Of a stretch of DNA of 64,000 nucleotides, positions 20,078 to 29,830 are shown in pieces; within the stretch, counting starts at the first letter, position 1, and every line of letters begins with the position of its first letter. This stretch comes from an uncultured Gemmatimonadales bacterium. Lineage in GTDB: Bacteria > Gemmatimonadota > Gemmatimonadetes > Gemmatimonadales > Gemmatimonadaceae. The position numbers and the translations under genes were made by a program. Below the pieces are notes generated by a model. That model was given only the letters and a program-made list of their open reading frames with translations, was not told the origin of the DNA and made no database searches. The stretch spans positions 640,001-704,000 of the forward strand of contig CAWKMU010000004.1 in assembly GCA_963850905.1 (NCBI GenBank), in the 5' to 3' direction.

Positions 20078-21034
20078 TCACGCGCCGACAGCTAGAAGAG
20101 GATCACTCTTGTTGATCGCTAACGACGAGACGATAAAAAGAACCACGCCATCGCCCGGACTGACTGCTGTCTGGAGCACGCCCCCTTCGCAGTCCTTCAC
20201 GCAGCCGAGGTTCTGACCGGTCTTTACGGCTTCATTCACCGCAACCGCCGGATACCAAAAGCCCGCATGGTCGCTGCGCAACCACATAAACCGTTCGAGC
20301 AGGGTGAACGGCACGGGCTCTGGAGCGCCGCCTGGAATCATCTTGAGGTAGCGCATGAGACGGTTGAGACCATTCGCATGCCATCGCACATCCTCGGGTG
20401 TCCAAATTCCCTGTCCGCCGGATTCCGTCAGGATGGATGGAATGCCTGCGACCGAAGCGGCGCGCACCGTCGACCCCAGCACCTCGCTGCCTACTAGAAA
20501 ATGAATGCCGAAGATCTTGGCCATTTCCAGCGACATTTCATCGACATGGTTGTCGCCGGTGCGGGAGAAGATCGTGAACGGAACCAGCGCTTCGATCAAA
20601 TCGCCGCCGTGCAAGTCCACATAACAAGTGGCCTGCCTGATGACGTTGCTGAACAGCCAATCGGCAATTTGTTCAGAGGCAGTGCCGTGCGGATTGCCCG
20701 GAAACACGCGATTCGGATTCTTGCCGTCGAGCGGACAGACGTAAATGGAACGCGCGGGAAACGCAGGCATATCCACGACCGGCACCACAATCACGCGCCC
20801 GCAAAGGCTTGCCGGATCGAGAGAGCGTCCTAGGTCGAGCGCCGCGGCGATACTGGCGTACTCCGCCGCGTGGACGCCGGCTGTCACCACGAGCGTCGGC
20901 CCTTCCCCGGCTCCATTGATGAGCCACATCGGAAGCCGGTACGGCCCGTCCTGCACCACAAATTCGTTGACGCCGTAACGTTTTTCCCCATGTCCGGCTG
21001 AAAGCGTACCGACGGTTAACACGTTCTTTGACAT
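20078..21034 (-). CDS. Succinylglutamate desuccinylase/aspartoacylase family (M14-like)
   Basis: AGVHAAE, NPNRVFPG, VDLHGG, ESGG, C-terminal biotinyl-like barrel; GAGG RBS before ATG 21034 (alternative GTG 21049). Confidence 0.88.
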   Translation of the reverse strand: MSKNVLTVGTLSAGHGEKRYGVNEFVVQDGPYRLPMWLINGAGEGPTLVVTAGVHAAEYASIAAALDLGRSLDPASLCGRVIVVPVVDMPAFPARSIYVCPLDGKNPNRVFPGNPHGTASEQIADWLFSNVIRQATCYVDLHGGDLIEALVPFTIFSRTGDNHVDEMSLEMAKIFGIHFLVGSEVLGSTVRAASVAGIPSILTESGGQGIWTPEDVRWHANGLNRLMRYLKMIPGGAPEPVPFTLLERFMWLRSDHAGFWYPAVAVNEAVKTGQNLGCVKDCEGGVLQTAVSPGDGVVLFIVSSLAINKSDPLLAVGA

Positions 21035-21045
21035 CGTCGTGTTCC

Positions 21046-22398
21046 TCACCGTGCTCGATCAACGGCTAAGCTTCGTGAAGGAGTTGATGGCTCCGGCAAT
21101 CGGCTGCGCTCAATCGTTATCGTTTCGAGCCCGTGCGGCGACGGCCCCGTTTCGACACGCCACAACACGTAGGCGACGAACACGGCGAGCACCGCTATCC
21201 CGGTGAATGTGTACATGCTGGTATCGTAGCCTGCTGCGTTTGCGGCACTTGCCAGCCAGTGGTCGTTGGTCCAGCCGATCAGCAAGTTGATAATGACCAG
21301 ACCGAGCTGCTGCACCGAGTCCAACATTCCGTTGGCCAACCCCAGCCGCGGCCTGTCGACAACATACACAAGCGCCGGCCACATGACCGCCGGCACCAGC
21401 GCGAACGCCACACCCATCATGGCCATGGGGATGATAGGCTGGATGTTCGTGAACCCCAGTATGGGAAACGCCGGTACGAGTAGCAACGACCCAAACATCA
21501 TGAGCAGTGACCGGTGTCCGTACCGGTCGGCGAGTAGGCCGAAGACCGGCATGCCGATCAGCGAGAAAAAAGGTTCCATGCCCACCAGTAGAGATGCGGT
21601 TTGCGGTGAGACATGCCGAGCCTCGATCAGGAATTTCTGCCCGAAGGTTTCAAACGGGAAAATGCAACCGTAGAAGGTGAAACACAGCGCCGCAATCAGC
21701 CAGAATGAGCGATTAAAGCGGAACACTTCGCTCAAGGGGACCTTCGTCGTTCGGGCGCGATGTCCCAAAGTGAACCGCCGTTCACCGCGGGCATCGAGAA
21801 TCCAGTAGACCGCAGCGCCGAGCAGGCAGAGTCCGCCAAAGGCCACGCCAAGAAGAAGAGGCCAGCGCCAATGAGTGTATGCGCGCGGCAACCAAGCCGG
21901 AGAGACTTGCGCGGTCAGCGAGCCCAATCGCCCAGCTGACGCGCGGACACCGAAGGCCAGACTCATTTCACTTGCGTAAAACCACCGCGCCACGGCGACA
22001 TTCGCCGCGATTGCGAGGGCCTCACCCCCCGAGCCGACGAGCAGACGGCCAACGGCCATGACAGCCAAACGAGGGCTCAGGGCCGTGATAACCAACCCAA
22101 TGAACGTGAAGATGCCGAAAATCGACAGCGACTTCCGCGTTCCAATCCGGTCAACGATGACACCGCAGGCCAGCGCCATGACGATGTTGGGGAAGCTGTA
22201 GATGGCCTGCAGCAGGCCAATATCCGCGTTCGAAAAGTGGAGTTGGCGACTGAGCAGCGGCGCGAGCGGCCCGATGTAATCGAACGCGTAATAGCCGCCG
22301 TAACAGGCAATGCCAATCGCCACGAGGACAACCCAGCGCGAGGCACGCGATGGCTCGGGCTTCTGACGCACTTCCGCTTCGATCAAGGCGGCGCTCAT
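21046..22398 (-). CDS. MFS transporter (MFSD1-like)
   Basis: GGYYAFD, IYSFPNI, VDRIG, GRLLVGSGGE, ARWF, FYGCIFPF, LVPAVMWP. Confidence 0.8.
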   Translation of the reverse strand: MSAALIEAEVRQKPEPSRASRWVVLVAIGIACYGGYYAFDYIGPLAPLLSRQLHFSNADIGLLQAIYSFPNIVMALACGVIVDRIGTRKSLSIFGIFTFIGLVITALSPRLAVMAVGRLLVGSGGEALAIAANVAVARWFYASEMSLAFGVRASAGRLGSLTAQVSPAWLPRAYTHWRWPLLLGVAFGGLCLLGAAVYWILDARGERRFTLGHRARTTKVPLSEVFRFNRSFWLIAALCFTFYGCIFPFETFGQKFLIEARHVSPQTASLLVGMEPFFSLIGMPVFGLLADRYGHRSLLMMFGSLLLVPAFPILGFTNIQPIIPMAMMGVAFALVPAVMWPALVYVVDRPRLGLANGMLDSVQQLGLVIINLLIGWTNDHWLASAANAAGYDTSMYTFTGIAVLAVFVAYVLWRVETGPSPHGLETITIERSRLPEPSTPSRSLAVDRAR

Positions 22399-22571
22399 TC
22401 TGAGGCGCGTATCGAGATGAGCGTCTCCACGCCTAGAGCATGACTATTTTGCTACCGCTCCGCAATGCTGACAGGGGGTGCGTGCTTGATCAACCCCTTT
22501 GCGCGCGCGCGACATCCGCGGCGGAGATGCCTTCCAATGCAAGGCCGTAGCCGACGCTTTCGTCGACGCCC

Positions 22572-22970
22572 TCAACCCTTGTTGATCTGGCGCACCTCTG
22601 GCAAGCGCCGCACGTCAGCCACGAAGCGCGCGAGCAACGGAGACCTGTTGTCCGTTCTCCAGGCGAGAGCCAGCAACTCCGGCGCGTTCAAATCAGCAAC
22701 GGACATGATGACAACACTCGTTGGACGCCGCCAACGTGCCGTTCCAAGGACCCATCCAACCCCCAAGCCGGTCGCAACCAGACTGAGGATTGTGGCCTCG
22801 TCTAGTCCCTCCTGAACGACATGGGGGGACTTCAAGCCACCGCGAAGGCATGCCTGCGCTAGGCGGTCGTATAGCGCCGGCACTGCCCGTCTAGGAAAAG
22901 CGACAAACGGTGCGCCGACGAGGTCACGTAGGCGGAGTTCCTTGAGCTTGGTTAGAGGATGTCCTCTCGG
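22572..22970 (-). pseudogene. C-terminal fragment of a LysR-family regulator
   Basis: PRGHPLTKLKELRLRDLVGAPFV.FPR...VVQE...TILSLVATGLGV...LALAWR...SPLL..F; in-frame stop upstream, no HTH. Confidence 0.75.
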
Positions 22971-23171
22971 GTCATCGGCGGGAAGCCGATCGCATTGGCC
23001 GAATTAGAACGCGATGACCGCAGCAAGCGGAGCGGCTGGGCACACTACTGCGTCAGCACGGCATAAGCTGTGCTGACGCCATCGTGTCTTCACTCGGCCT
23101 GACCGGTAAGCACCCATCTCAACGGTCGACCATCATGAGGCAAGCATCCGCGTACCTGACTCGCAACTAAA

Positions 23172-24143
23172 ATGACGATGCGCTCGTTCGCCGTCGAGCA
23201 TTTTGGCGAAGCACCGGCGATCCACGCCCTACCGATCCCCGCCGCCGACGGCGCGTTCCTGATACGGGTGACGTACGCTGGGGTAAATCCGGTCGACTAC
23301 AAGAATCTCGACCACTTGACCGCCGCGTCGAGGTATCCATACGTCATGGGCGTCGACTTCGCCGGTGTCGTCGAACGCGTGCCGGTAGGAGCAGGGGACG
23401 TCCACATCGGGGACCGTGTCCTCGGTCTGGCCCGCACACGCGGCTCGTACGCCGAGTACACCGCCGTCGCACCGGGTGTGAAGATAGAACCACTGGCCGG
23501 TATCCCCGACGGCGTCACTGACGAACAGGCGGCCGCGCTCCCGATGGCAGGAATAACTGCGCTGGGGTCGCTCGAACTATTGGGTATTGGTGCCGGACAG
23601 CGCCTCGTCGTGATGGGCGCGACGGGCGGCGTCGGCGGCTACGCCGTGCAGATCGCACGCTCCCGCAAGGCGCACGTCATCGCGACTGTTCGTGGCGACG
23701 TGGACGAAGCACGCCGGCTCGGCGCCGACGAAGTCTACGATACCAAAGTGGTCGACGTCATCGACGCGCTGCGGTCGACGCATCCCGAAGGCGTGGACGC
23801 GGTCCTCGATCTCGTCAACGACTCGGACGCAATCCGCCGGGACGCTGAGATTCTCAAGTCCGGTGGAACCCTCGTCTCGGCCGTGATGGCGGCGGACAGA
23901 GACTGGTTCGCCGGGCGTCACATTACGGCGCACAACATTGGCTCGAGCTCGCCGACCGATACCTCATTGGTCACGGCGAATCCCGCATCATCTCCGCAAG
24001 GGCTGACCCAGCTTGCGCGCATGGTCCACGACGGGACGATCACTGCGCGCATTGGCTCCGTGGTTGCATTGGAAGCCGCGGGTCAACTGCTCGCACAGCT
24101 TCGCACAGGCGGCATCCGCGGCAAGGCCATCATCCGCCTCTAA
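23172..24143 (+). CDS. NADP-dependent oxidoreductase (MDR/quinone reductase family)
   Basis: AGVNPVD, GVDFAGVV, GSYAEY, AAALP.AGITA, GATGGVG, RGKAII. Confidence 0.9.
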   Translation: MTMRSFAVEHFGEAPAIHALPIPAADGAFLIRVTYAGVNPVDYKNLDHLTAASRYPYVMGVDFAGVVERVPVGAGDVHIGDRVLGLARTRGSYAEYTAVAPGVKIEPLAGIPDGVTDEQAAALPMAGITALGSLELLGIGAGQRLVVMGATGGVGGYAVQIARSRKAHVIATVRGDVDEARRLGADEVYDTKVVDVIDALRSTHPEGVDAVLDLVNDSDAIRRDAEILKSGGTLVSAVMAADRDWFAGRHITAHNIGSSSPTDTSLVTANPASSPQGLTQLARMVHDGTITARIGSVVALEAAGQLLAQLRTGGIRGKAIIRL

Positions 24144-24149
24144 GGCAGG

Positions 24150-24198
24150 CTAGCCACCACGATCGGACTCCGTGGCGAGGTCCACGGGCACCCTTGAC
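24150..24198. repeat. Dispersed ~49-bp repeat, copy 1
   Basis: CTAGCCACCACGATCGGACTCCGTGGCGAGGTCCACGGGCACCCTTGAC; 43 of 50 aligned columns match 34311-34358. Confidence 0.8.
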
Positions 24199-24255
24199 AA
24201 GGGCGTGGCGATTGCTGTATATAACTAACAGGTTGTAGAATCTATGGGTTATATA
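24194..24255 (+). promoter_or_regulatory. Promoter/operator of the ArsR-SRPBCC operon
   Basis: TTGACA-N18-TATATA; inverted repeat TATATAAC (24218-24225) / GTTATATA (24248-24255) reaching the start codon. Confidence 0.6.
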
Positions 24256-24611
24256 TGACATTGTCTGACCGTTTGGATATCACATTCGCGGCGCTGGCCG
24301 ATCCGACTCGGCGGGCGATTCTGGCGAAGCTAGCCTCTGGCGAGGCGTCCGTCAGCGAGCTGGCTCGACCGTTCGCGATGAGCCAGCCCGCGATCTCGAA
24401 GCATCTCAAGGTCCTCGAGCGTGCCGGGCTCGTCTCTGGTGCGCGCGACGCGCAACGCCGGCCGCGGCGCCTCGAAGGCGGTCGACTTGCAGAAGCTGCG
24501 CAATGGCTCGAGGGATATAGAAAGTTCTGGGAAGGTCGATTCCGCGAGTTGGACCTGGTTCTTGAGGAGCTCAAGGCCGCCGAGAAACGGCGGAAGCGTA
24601 CGAAGCCCTAG
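24255..24611 (+). CDS. ArsR/SmtB family transcriptional regulator
   Basis: FAALADPTRRAIL...SVSELA.PF.MSQPAISKHLKVLERAGLV. Confidence 0.93.
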   Translation: MTLSDRLDITFAALADPTRRAILAKLASGEASVSELARPFAMSQPAISKHLKVLERAGLVSGARDAQRRPRRLEGGRLAEAAQWLEGYRKFWEGRFRELDLVLEELKAAEKRRKRTKP

Positions 24612-24623
24612 CGAGGAGAAACG

Positions 24624-25181
24624 ATGGCGACGATTGGCAAGCTTACGGTGACAACGCAAGGCGAGCGGGAGGTCGCGATCACACGAGAGTTCGACGCGCC
24701 CCGTCACCTGGTGTTCGAGGCGCTGACCACGCCTGAATTGCTCAGGCGATGGCTGATTGGACCACCCGGTTGGGCCATGACCGAGTGCGAGGTCAATGCA
24801 AGGGTAGGAGGTGCCTACCGGTACGCATGGCGCCACACGGACGGTTCGGCTATGGGGATGCGCGGCATCTGCACAGAGGTGGTTCCACCCGAGTTGCTCG
24901 TTGCGAAAGAGCGTTTCGATGAGGCGTGGTTCGAGCGTGCGCGTGGGGTGCAAGACGCAAAGCTCCTCGACAGTCTCCGCCCGGGTCTTGAACGCTTCGA
25001 TCCCGGGGAAACAGTCGTGTCCCAAAGGCTTGCCGAGCGCGGCGGCAAGACCACGCTCAACATGACGATCCGGTACGACTCGCCGGAGACGCGCGACATG
25101 GCCTTGAAGACGCCGATGGCGAGGGGGATGGAAGCCGGGTATGGGAAGTTGGATGAGCTGCTTGCAGGGGTCAAAGTGTGA
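24624..25181 (+). CDS. SRPBCC/AHSA1 family protein
   Basis: REVAITREFDAPRHLVFEA.T.PELLRRW...GPPGW.M..CE...RVGG.YRY.W...GMEAGY. Confidence 0.88.
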   Translation: MATIGKLTVTTQGEREVAITREFDAPRHLVFEALTTPELLRRWLIGPPGWAMTECEVNARVGGAYRYAWRHTDGSAMGMRGICTEVVPPELLVAKERFDEAWFERARGVQDAKLLDSLRPGLERFDPGETVVSQRLAERGGKTTLNMTIRYDSPETRDMALKTPMARGMEAGYGKLDELLAGVKV

Positions 25182-25186
25182 TGCTC

Positions 25187-25303
25187 GACGTTGGACGTTA
25201 GATGTTGAACATTGGACGTTGAATGTTTACCCGGTCCGAGGGTCAGCCACATCGACAGTGGTTGGCCCTCGAGCTTGCTCTCCAACGTCTAGCGTCAAAC
25301 GTG
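25187..25303. repeat. Imperfect heptamer tandem array with an inverted partner array
   Basis: GACGTTG GACGTTA GATGTTG AACATTG GACGTTG AATGTTT (25187-25228) and CAACGTC TAGCGTC AAACGTG (25283-25303). Confidence 0.75.
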
Positions 25304-25389
25304 TCAGAATCGGTTCCGGGCAACGCGGTGCGCCTCTCAGGCAGCGTGGCGGCCGCCGGCGCAAACCATCTAGTAGAGAGAGACTCGCC

Positions 25390-25998
25390 ATGAGAAAGAT
25401 CAGGATCTGCGAACACATCTCGCTGGACGGCGTGATCTCGCCCGGCGGACGGGGCGAAGACAGCGACTTCGCGCATGGCGGATGGTCGGCACCGTATCGA
25501 ACTGCGGCCGGGGCAGAGGCCCTCGCCGAGGCACAGGGCAGGAGCTTCGATCTGCTGCTTGGCCGCCGCACCTACGATCTCTGGGCCGGCTTCTGGCCGA
25601 AGGTCAAGAGCGGTCCGTTCGCGGACGGTCTGAACGCCGCGACGAAATACGTCGCGACCCACAGGCCGGACAGCCTCGGATGGGGTCCGGTCGGGGACCT
25701 GGGCGCGGACATCATGGAGGGTGTTCGCGGCGTCAAGTCAAAGGACGGCCCCGACCTGATCGTCTGGGGAAGTTCGACGCTGACGTCCGTGCTGCTCGAG
25801 CAGGGACTGGTCGACGAGGTTGTGCTGATCGTCTACCCGGTCTTGCTGGGCCGGGGCAAACGCTTCTTTTCGGACAGTGCCGACCCGCGCGAACTCGCTC
25901 TCGTCAGCACGAAGGCCACGCCCACGGGCGTGCTCATCAACACGTATCGACACGTTGGATCGCTGCGAAGCGAACCTGTCGCCGACGCGAGGCGTTGA
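25390..25998 (+). CDS. Dihydrofolate reductase family (RibD C-terminal-like) protein
   Basis: MRKI...HISLDGVI..PGG..ED..F.HGGW, LLLGRRTY, KYVAT, VWGSSTL, LVDE, PVLLGRGKR.F. Confidence 0.9.
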   Translation: MRKIRICEHISLDGVISPGGRGEDSDFAHGGWSAPYRTAAGAEALAEAQGRSFDLLLGRRTYDLWAGFWPKVKSGPFADGLNAATKYVATHRPDSLGWGPVGDLGADIMEGVRGVKSKDGPDLIVWGSSTLTSVLLEQGLVDEVVLIVYPVLLGRGKRFFSDSADPRELALVSTKATPTGVLINTYRHVGSLRSEPVADARR

Positions 25999-26053
25999 GC
26001 GGGCGCCCAAGTCGCGTAGGTTTGTTCGTCGATCGAGTCGGCGGTGCGCGAAC

Positions 26054-27316
26054 TCAGTCTCGCAATGCCCGCGCGCGGTCGAGGAGAAGGGTGCGTTCGC
26101 GCGCGTTCCGCGTCAGTGACGCTGCGCGCAGAAACTCCTGCTGGGCCTCTTCGCGGCGCCCCAACTTGGCGAGTAGGTCGCCGCGGACGCTGGGCAGCAG
26201 ATGATAGTTGGCGAGTGAGGGCTCGGTGCTGAGGGCGTCGACCAGCTCCAGTCCCGTGGCCGGTCCAAACGCCATCCCAGCCGCGACCGCACGGTTGAGC
26301 TCCACTACCGGATTGGGCGTCACCTGTGCCAGCACATCGTAGAGTGCGACGATCCGGGGCCAGTCCGTTTCGCCGGGTGTCCCTGCCCTGGCGTGGCAGG
26401 CAGCGATCTCCGCCTGCAGCACGTACGGTCCACGTGGACGGTCGAGAGCCGATGCGCGCGCGAGCGCCGCCAACCCGCGGCGGATGAGCATCTGATCCCA
26501 TCGACCGCGATCCTGGTCGAGCAGGAGAATCGGCTCCCCTTTCGGTCCGACTCGGGCCGCCGCGCGCGACGCCTGGATCTCCATCAACGCGACCAGTCCG
26601 TGCACCTCTGGCTCGCGCGGCAGAAGCTCCGCCAGCACGCGCCCTACCCGCAGCGCATCCTCGCACAGCGCTGGACGCATCCAGTCATCGCCCATGGTGG
26701 CCGAGTAGCCCTCGTTGAAGATGAGGTAGATCACCTCCAGCACGGATGAGAGCCGCATCGCCATCTCGTCGCCCCGCGGTACCTCGAACGACACGCGCGC
26801 CTCGCGCAGCGCACGTTTGGCCCGCACGATCCGTTGGGCGATCGTCGCCTCGGACGTGAGATACGCCCGCGCGATTTCCTCGGTCGTGAGTCCGCCCAGA
26901 AGACGGAGTGTGAGCGCTACGCGCGCCTCGCTCGATAACACGGGATGACAGGCGGTGAAGATGAGACGCAAAAGGTCATCCCCAATGTGATCGTCCAATC
27001 GTTCATCGAGGTCCGGCGACGCGCCTTCGAGCTGCGATTCGAGCGTCGCATCGAGCGCGTCGTGTGTCCGATCGATTCGGGATGTCCGCCGCAGGGAGTC
27101 GATCGCGCGGTGCTTCGCCGTGGCCATGAGCCAGGCCCCGGGACTGTCCGGGATGCCGACCTCCGGCCAGCGCTCGAGCGCGGCGACGAGAGCATCCTGC
27201 GCGAGATCCTCAGCGATCCCGACGTCGCGCACGATCCTGGCGAGCCCGGCAATCAGTCGCGCCGACTCGATCCGCCAGACCGCCTCGATCGTGCGCCGAA
27301 CGTCGGGTGTCGTCAC
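26054..27316 (-). CDS. ECF sigma factor with C-terminal TPR-like extension (ECF42 type)
   Basis: AEDLAQDAL..ALE.WP..G.P..PGAWL, DDLLRLIFTACHP, LTTEEIARA, IAQRIVRAK, YLIFNEGY, TDW..I..LY, VELNRAVA; GTGA overlap with the yciI-like stop. Confidence 0.92.
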   Translation of the reverse strand: MTTPDVRRTIEAVWRIESARLIAGLARIVRDVGIAEDLAQDALVAALERWPEVGIPDSPGAWLMATAKHRAIDSLRRTSRIDRTHDALDATLESQLEGASPDLDERLDDHIGDDLLRLIFTACHPVLSSEARVALTLRLLGGLTTEEIARAYLTSEATIAQRIVRAKRALREARVSFEVPRGDEMAMRLSSVLEVIYLIFNEGYSATMGDDWMRPALCEDALRVGRVLAELLPREPEVHGLVALMEIQASRAAARVGPKGEPILLLDQDRGRWDQMLIRRGLAALARASALDRPRGPYVLQAEIAACHARAGTPGETDWPRIVALYDVLAQVTPNPVVELNRAVAAGMAFGPATGLELVDALSTEPSLANYHLLPSVRGDLLAKLGRREEAQQEFLRAASLTRNARERTLLLDRARALRD

Positions 27317-27744
27317 ACTCCCCGAGCGGCAGGTCTCTGAGCCTCCAGCCCTTCTACCTGCGCTACCAGCTCGGGCGTCATATCGGCTCCGAAGTCCTCG
27401 GGCCCGATTACCTGCCGGATCTCGATCTCGATGTCCTCCGCCCACACATTGGGAACGCGCTTGAACCACTCGATCGCCTCCTCCTTCGACTTGGCCTGAA
27501 TCAGCCAAAATCCGGCGACGAGCTCCTTCGTCTCGGTGAACGGCCCATCGATGACCGTCCGCTTCTTCCCCGAGATCCGAATACGCGCACCCTTCGAGCT
27601 CGGGTGCAGCCCCTGGGCGTCCAGCAGCACTCCGGCCTTCACCAGCTCTTCGTGGAAGTTGACCATTGTCGTTATCTGGTCGGTCGTCGGCGGCACGCCG
27701 GCCTCGCTGTCCTTCGTGGCTTTCTGAATTATCATGAATTGCAT
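27313..27744 (-). CDS. YciI/DGPF family protein
   Basis: FHEELVKAGVLL...GLHPSSKGAR...VIDGPFTETKELVAGFWLIQ.KSKEEAIEW. Confidence 0.92.
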   Translation of the reverse strand: MQFMIIQKATKDSEAGVPPTTDQITTMVNFHEELVKAGVLLDAQGLHPSSKGARIRISGKKRTVIDGPFTETKELVAGFWLIQAKSKEEAIEWFKRVPNVWAEDIEIEIRQVIGPEDFGADMTPELVAQVEGLEAQRPAARGV

Positions 27745-27803
27745 GGTCCGAATCCTCAGCTAGGGTCAGAGATCGGGGATCGGAAGCGCCCCCGTATAGT
27801 GGC

Positions 27804-27892
27804 GTCGAACGAGGGGGGCGGGAATCGACGGGCGAACAGCAACTGGGCTTGCGGCGGACAGCTGATGTCGCTAACCGTAGCCGTGATCGACA
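27804..27892 (-). promoter_or_regulatory. Two tandem candidate ECF42-type promoters
   Basis: Minus strand TGTCGA-N16-CGAC (27892-27867) and CGTCGA-N17-CGAC (27830-27804). Confidence 0.55.
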
Positions 27893-28183
27893 TTTACCCC
27901 GCACGTGACTCAACAATGCCGCAGGCCGACGCCTCTAGCTCTGAAACTGAAGCCCGCGCGGCCGCCCACCCACAACACGAAGAGATACGTCGCCCTTATC
28001 GAGCCTTCCGAGTTCGATTGGAGCCAAGCCAAGGTGAGTTGCGAGGGCCGCGACAGTCGCGCTGGCATCCGCGTCGTTATTCGATACCGTGGGCGCCCAT
28101 CGGTTGTGTCCCATCTCATCCCGCTTTCGCGATCGCGATGGTCGAACGACGAGTTTGTCACTAGCTCAACACTCGCGACGGCC

Positions 28184-29389
28184 TCACTCGGAGTAGTCCA
28201 CCGGGAACTCGTGCGTCGCGTCGTTGTAGAGGATACCGATCAACGGAATGCCAGGCTCGGCCGTCGCGTCTGAGCGACGAGCCATGACCTCGCCGGCCAC
28301 CCCGCTCGTGTATTCCGCCACCACTTCGCCAAACGTATTGCGCTGGATGGCAACCTTCTGCCCAACGTTGACCTTGTCCTTCAGCTTGACCAGAAGCTCC
28401 ACGAATCCGCCATGCGTTGCCAGGATGGTGTGCCCGCTGTTGGCGATGAAGATGTCCGTGTCCTTCCCGGTGCGGCCGATCTGACCGGAGATAATCCCGT
28501 GGTGCTTGAGCACATTCATCGTGCCTTCCACGAACAACGGGATCATGTTGAGGTCCAGGATGCGCGAAGCGCCAATCTCGGGCGTGAGTGCCGGGATGCC
28601 CACTTTGATGAATGCGTTCGCGAGCAGCGTGGGATAGGCGGCATTGTCGAAGATCTGGTCGATGGGAAAGAGCTCCGCCATCGCCCGCACCTCAGGCAAC
28701 TCCATCCGGGCGAGATTGAACGCGGTCACATCCATACCCGTCGTCCCGGTATGAAAATCCAGGGCGTAATCGGCGTTCGGTCGGAAGAGTTTGTTGAACA
28801 GGATCCCAGCGTGCCGGCTGGCAGCGCTGGCACCATTCTCATTTCCGGGCCATTCGCGGTTGATGTCGATGAGGTCGATTCCTCTTCCTGAATTCGGCCA
28901 TCTGCGCGCCATGCCTTCCAGCGCCGGACGGGATACGTCAGGGACCGCCAGTACCGTACCCGACATCTGGGCCGGATCGAGCTGGCTCATGACGGTTTGT
29001 ATCGTGTGCACCGGACTGATCTCATCGCCGTGCACACCACTGGTGAGAGCGATGCGCTTACCCGGCTTCGTCCCCACGGCGACGATCACCGATACATACC
29101 AGTGCTGCCCCGTGGGCATTTGCACACCCTCGAAGTAGAACGCGTGCTTCTTGCCACGTTCCAGATCATTCACGTCAAGCACGCTGATGACTTTCTTTCC
29201 CTGAATCACATCGCCGGTATAGACCGTTCGTTGTGGTGCAGCCGGTGCCGGGCCAACAGGCGGCGCTTTCGCGTCCTGGGTATTCGCGGTGCCGGCACTA
29301 TTCGCAAAAATGGCCGACGTGCCAACCAGGCCGATAGCTGCAATCATGAAGTCGCGGCGATCGAGGCCCTCCTTTTGTTCGTTCGGCAT
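28184..29389 (-). CDS. Tat-exported succinylglutamate desuccinylase/aspartoacylase family protein
   Basis: LDRRDFM Tat motif; SGVHGDE, DINREWPG, LDFHTG, TPEIG. Confidence 0.88.
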   Translation of the reverse strand: MPNEQKEGLDRRDFMIAAIGLVGTSAIFANSAGTANTQDAKAPPVGPAPAAPQRTVYTGDVIQGKKVISVLDVNDLERGKKHAFYFEGVQMPTGQHWYVSVIVAVGTKPGKRIALTSGVHGDEISPVHTIQTVMSQLDPAQMSGTVLAVPDVSRPALEGMARRWPNSGRGIDLIDINREWPGNENGASAASRHAGILFNKLFRPNADYALDFHTGTTGMDVTAFNLARMELPEVRAMAELFPIDQIFDNAAYPTLLANAFIKVGIPALTPEIGASRILDLNMIPLFVEGTMNVLKHHGIISGQIGRTGKDTDIFIANSGHTILATHGGFVELLVKLKDKVNVGQKVAIQRNTFGEVVAEYTSGVAGEVMARRSDATAEPGIPLIGILYNDATHEFPVDYSE

Positions 29390-29607
29390 GGCGCAGGCTC
29401 CGTACGTTACGTACGAGTCAGGGATCTGGTCCCTGCCGTCGCGAAGTCAAAGAACGTCGCCTGGTGACGCAGCACGGCTCACGGCTATTCCTCCCGATCA
29501 CGTCACCCGGAAGCACTACTCGATCAAAGCAGCCGGGCCATTTAGGTGCCATTCGACCTAAGTCGCCACTAACCGGAACGCTGTGAATGGCCACGCAGAA
29601 GTGACGA

Positions 29608-29830
29608 GACGATGGCCGCGCCTTCTGGGCGCCAGCTCGCACGTGGTGCAGGGACTCTTGGGCCCCGCGGAAGAACCGCCTCTGACGCAGCTCTTGCTCT
29701 ACAGATTGCCCAATCACGGAAGGACCCGGCAGCCACCATCGAGGTAGGGAGCGTCGCCTTCTTCTCCACACGTGCCGTGAAGTCGTCGGGCACTGTATGG
29801 CGACAGGTCGCAGCATTCGAGAATGGCGCT
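29608..29830 (+). pseudogene. Possible degenerate C-terminal fragment of an RNA 2',3'-cyclic phosphodiesterase (2H family)
   Basis: DDGRAFWAP / LARG...TIEVGSVAFFSTR...SGTVWRQVAAF across two frames loosely follows the R.F.PHxTLAR...V..F.LF.S....G.VY pattern; the HxT motif is missing. Confidence 0.25.

Noticed and set aside
25187..25303. Possible CRISPR array
   Set aside because: Units are 7 bp with no spacers, and no cas genes are present
27317..27916. N-terminal extension of the 620-aa sigma ORF
   Set aside because: Overlaps the yciI-like gene in another frame; sigma homology starts at GTG 27316
27905..28273. 122-aa ORF between the yciI-like gene and the deacylase
   Set aside because: No RBS or recognisable motif, and it overlaps the next gene
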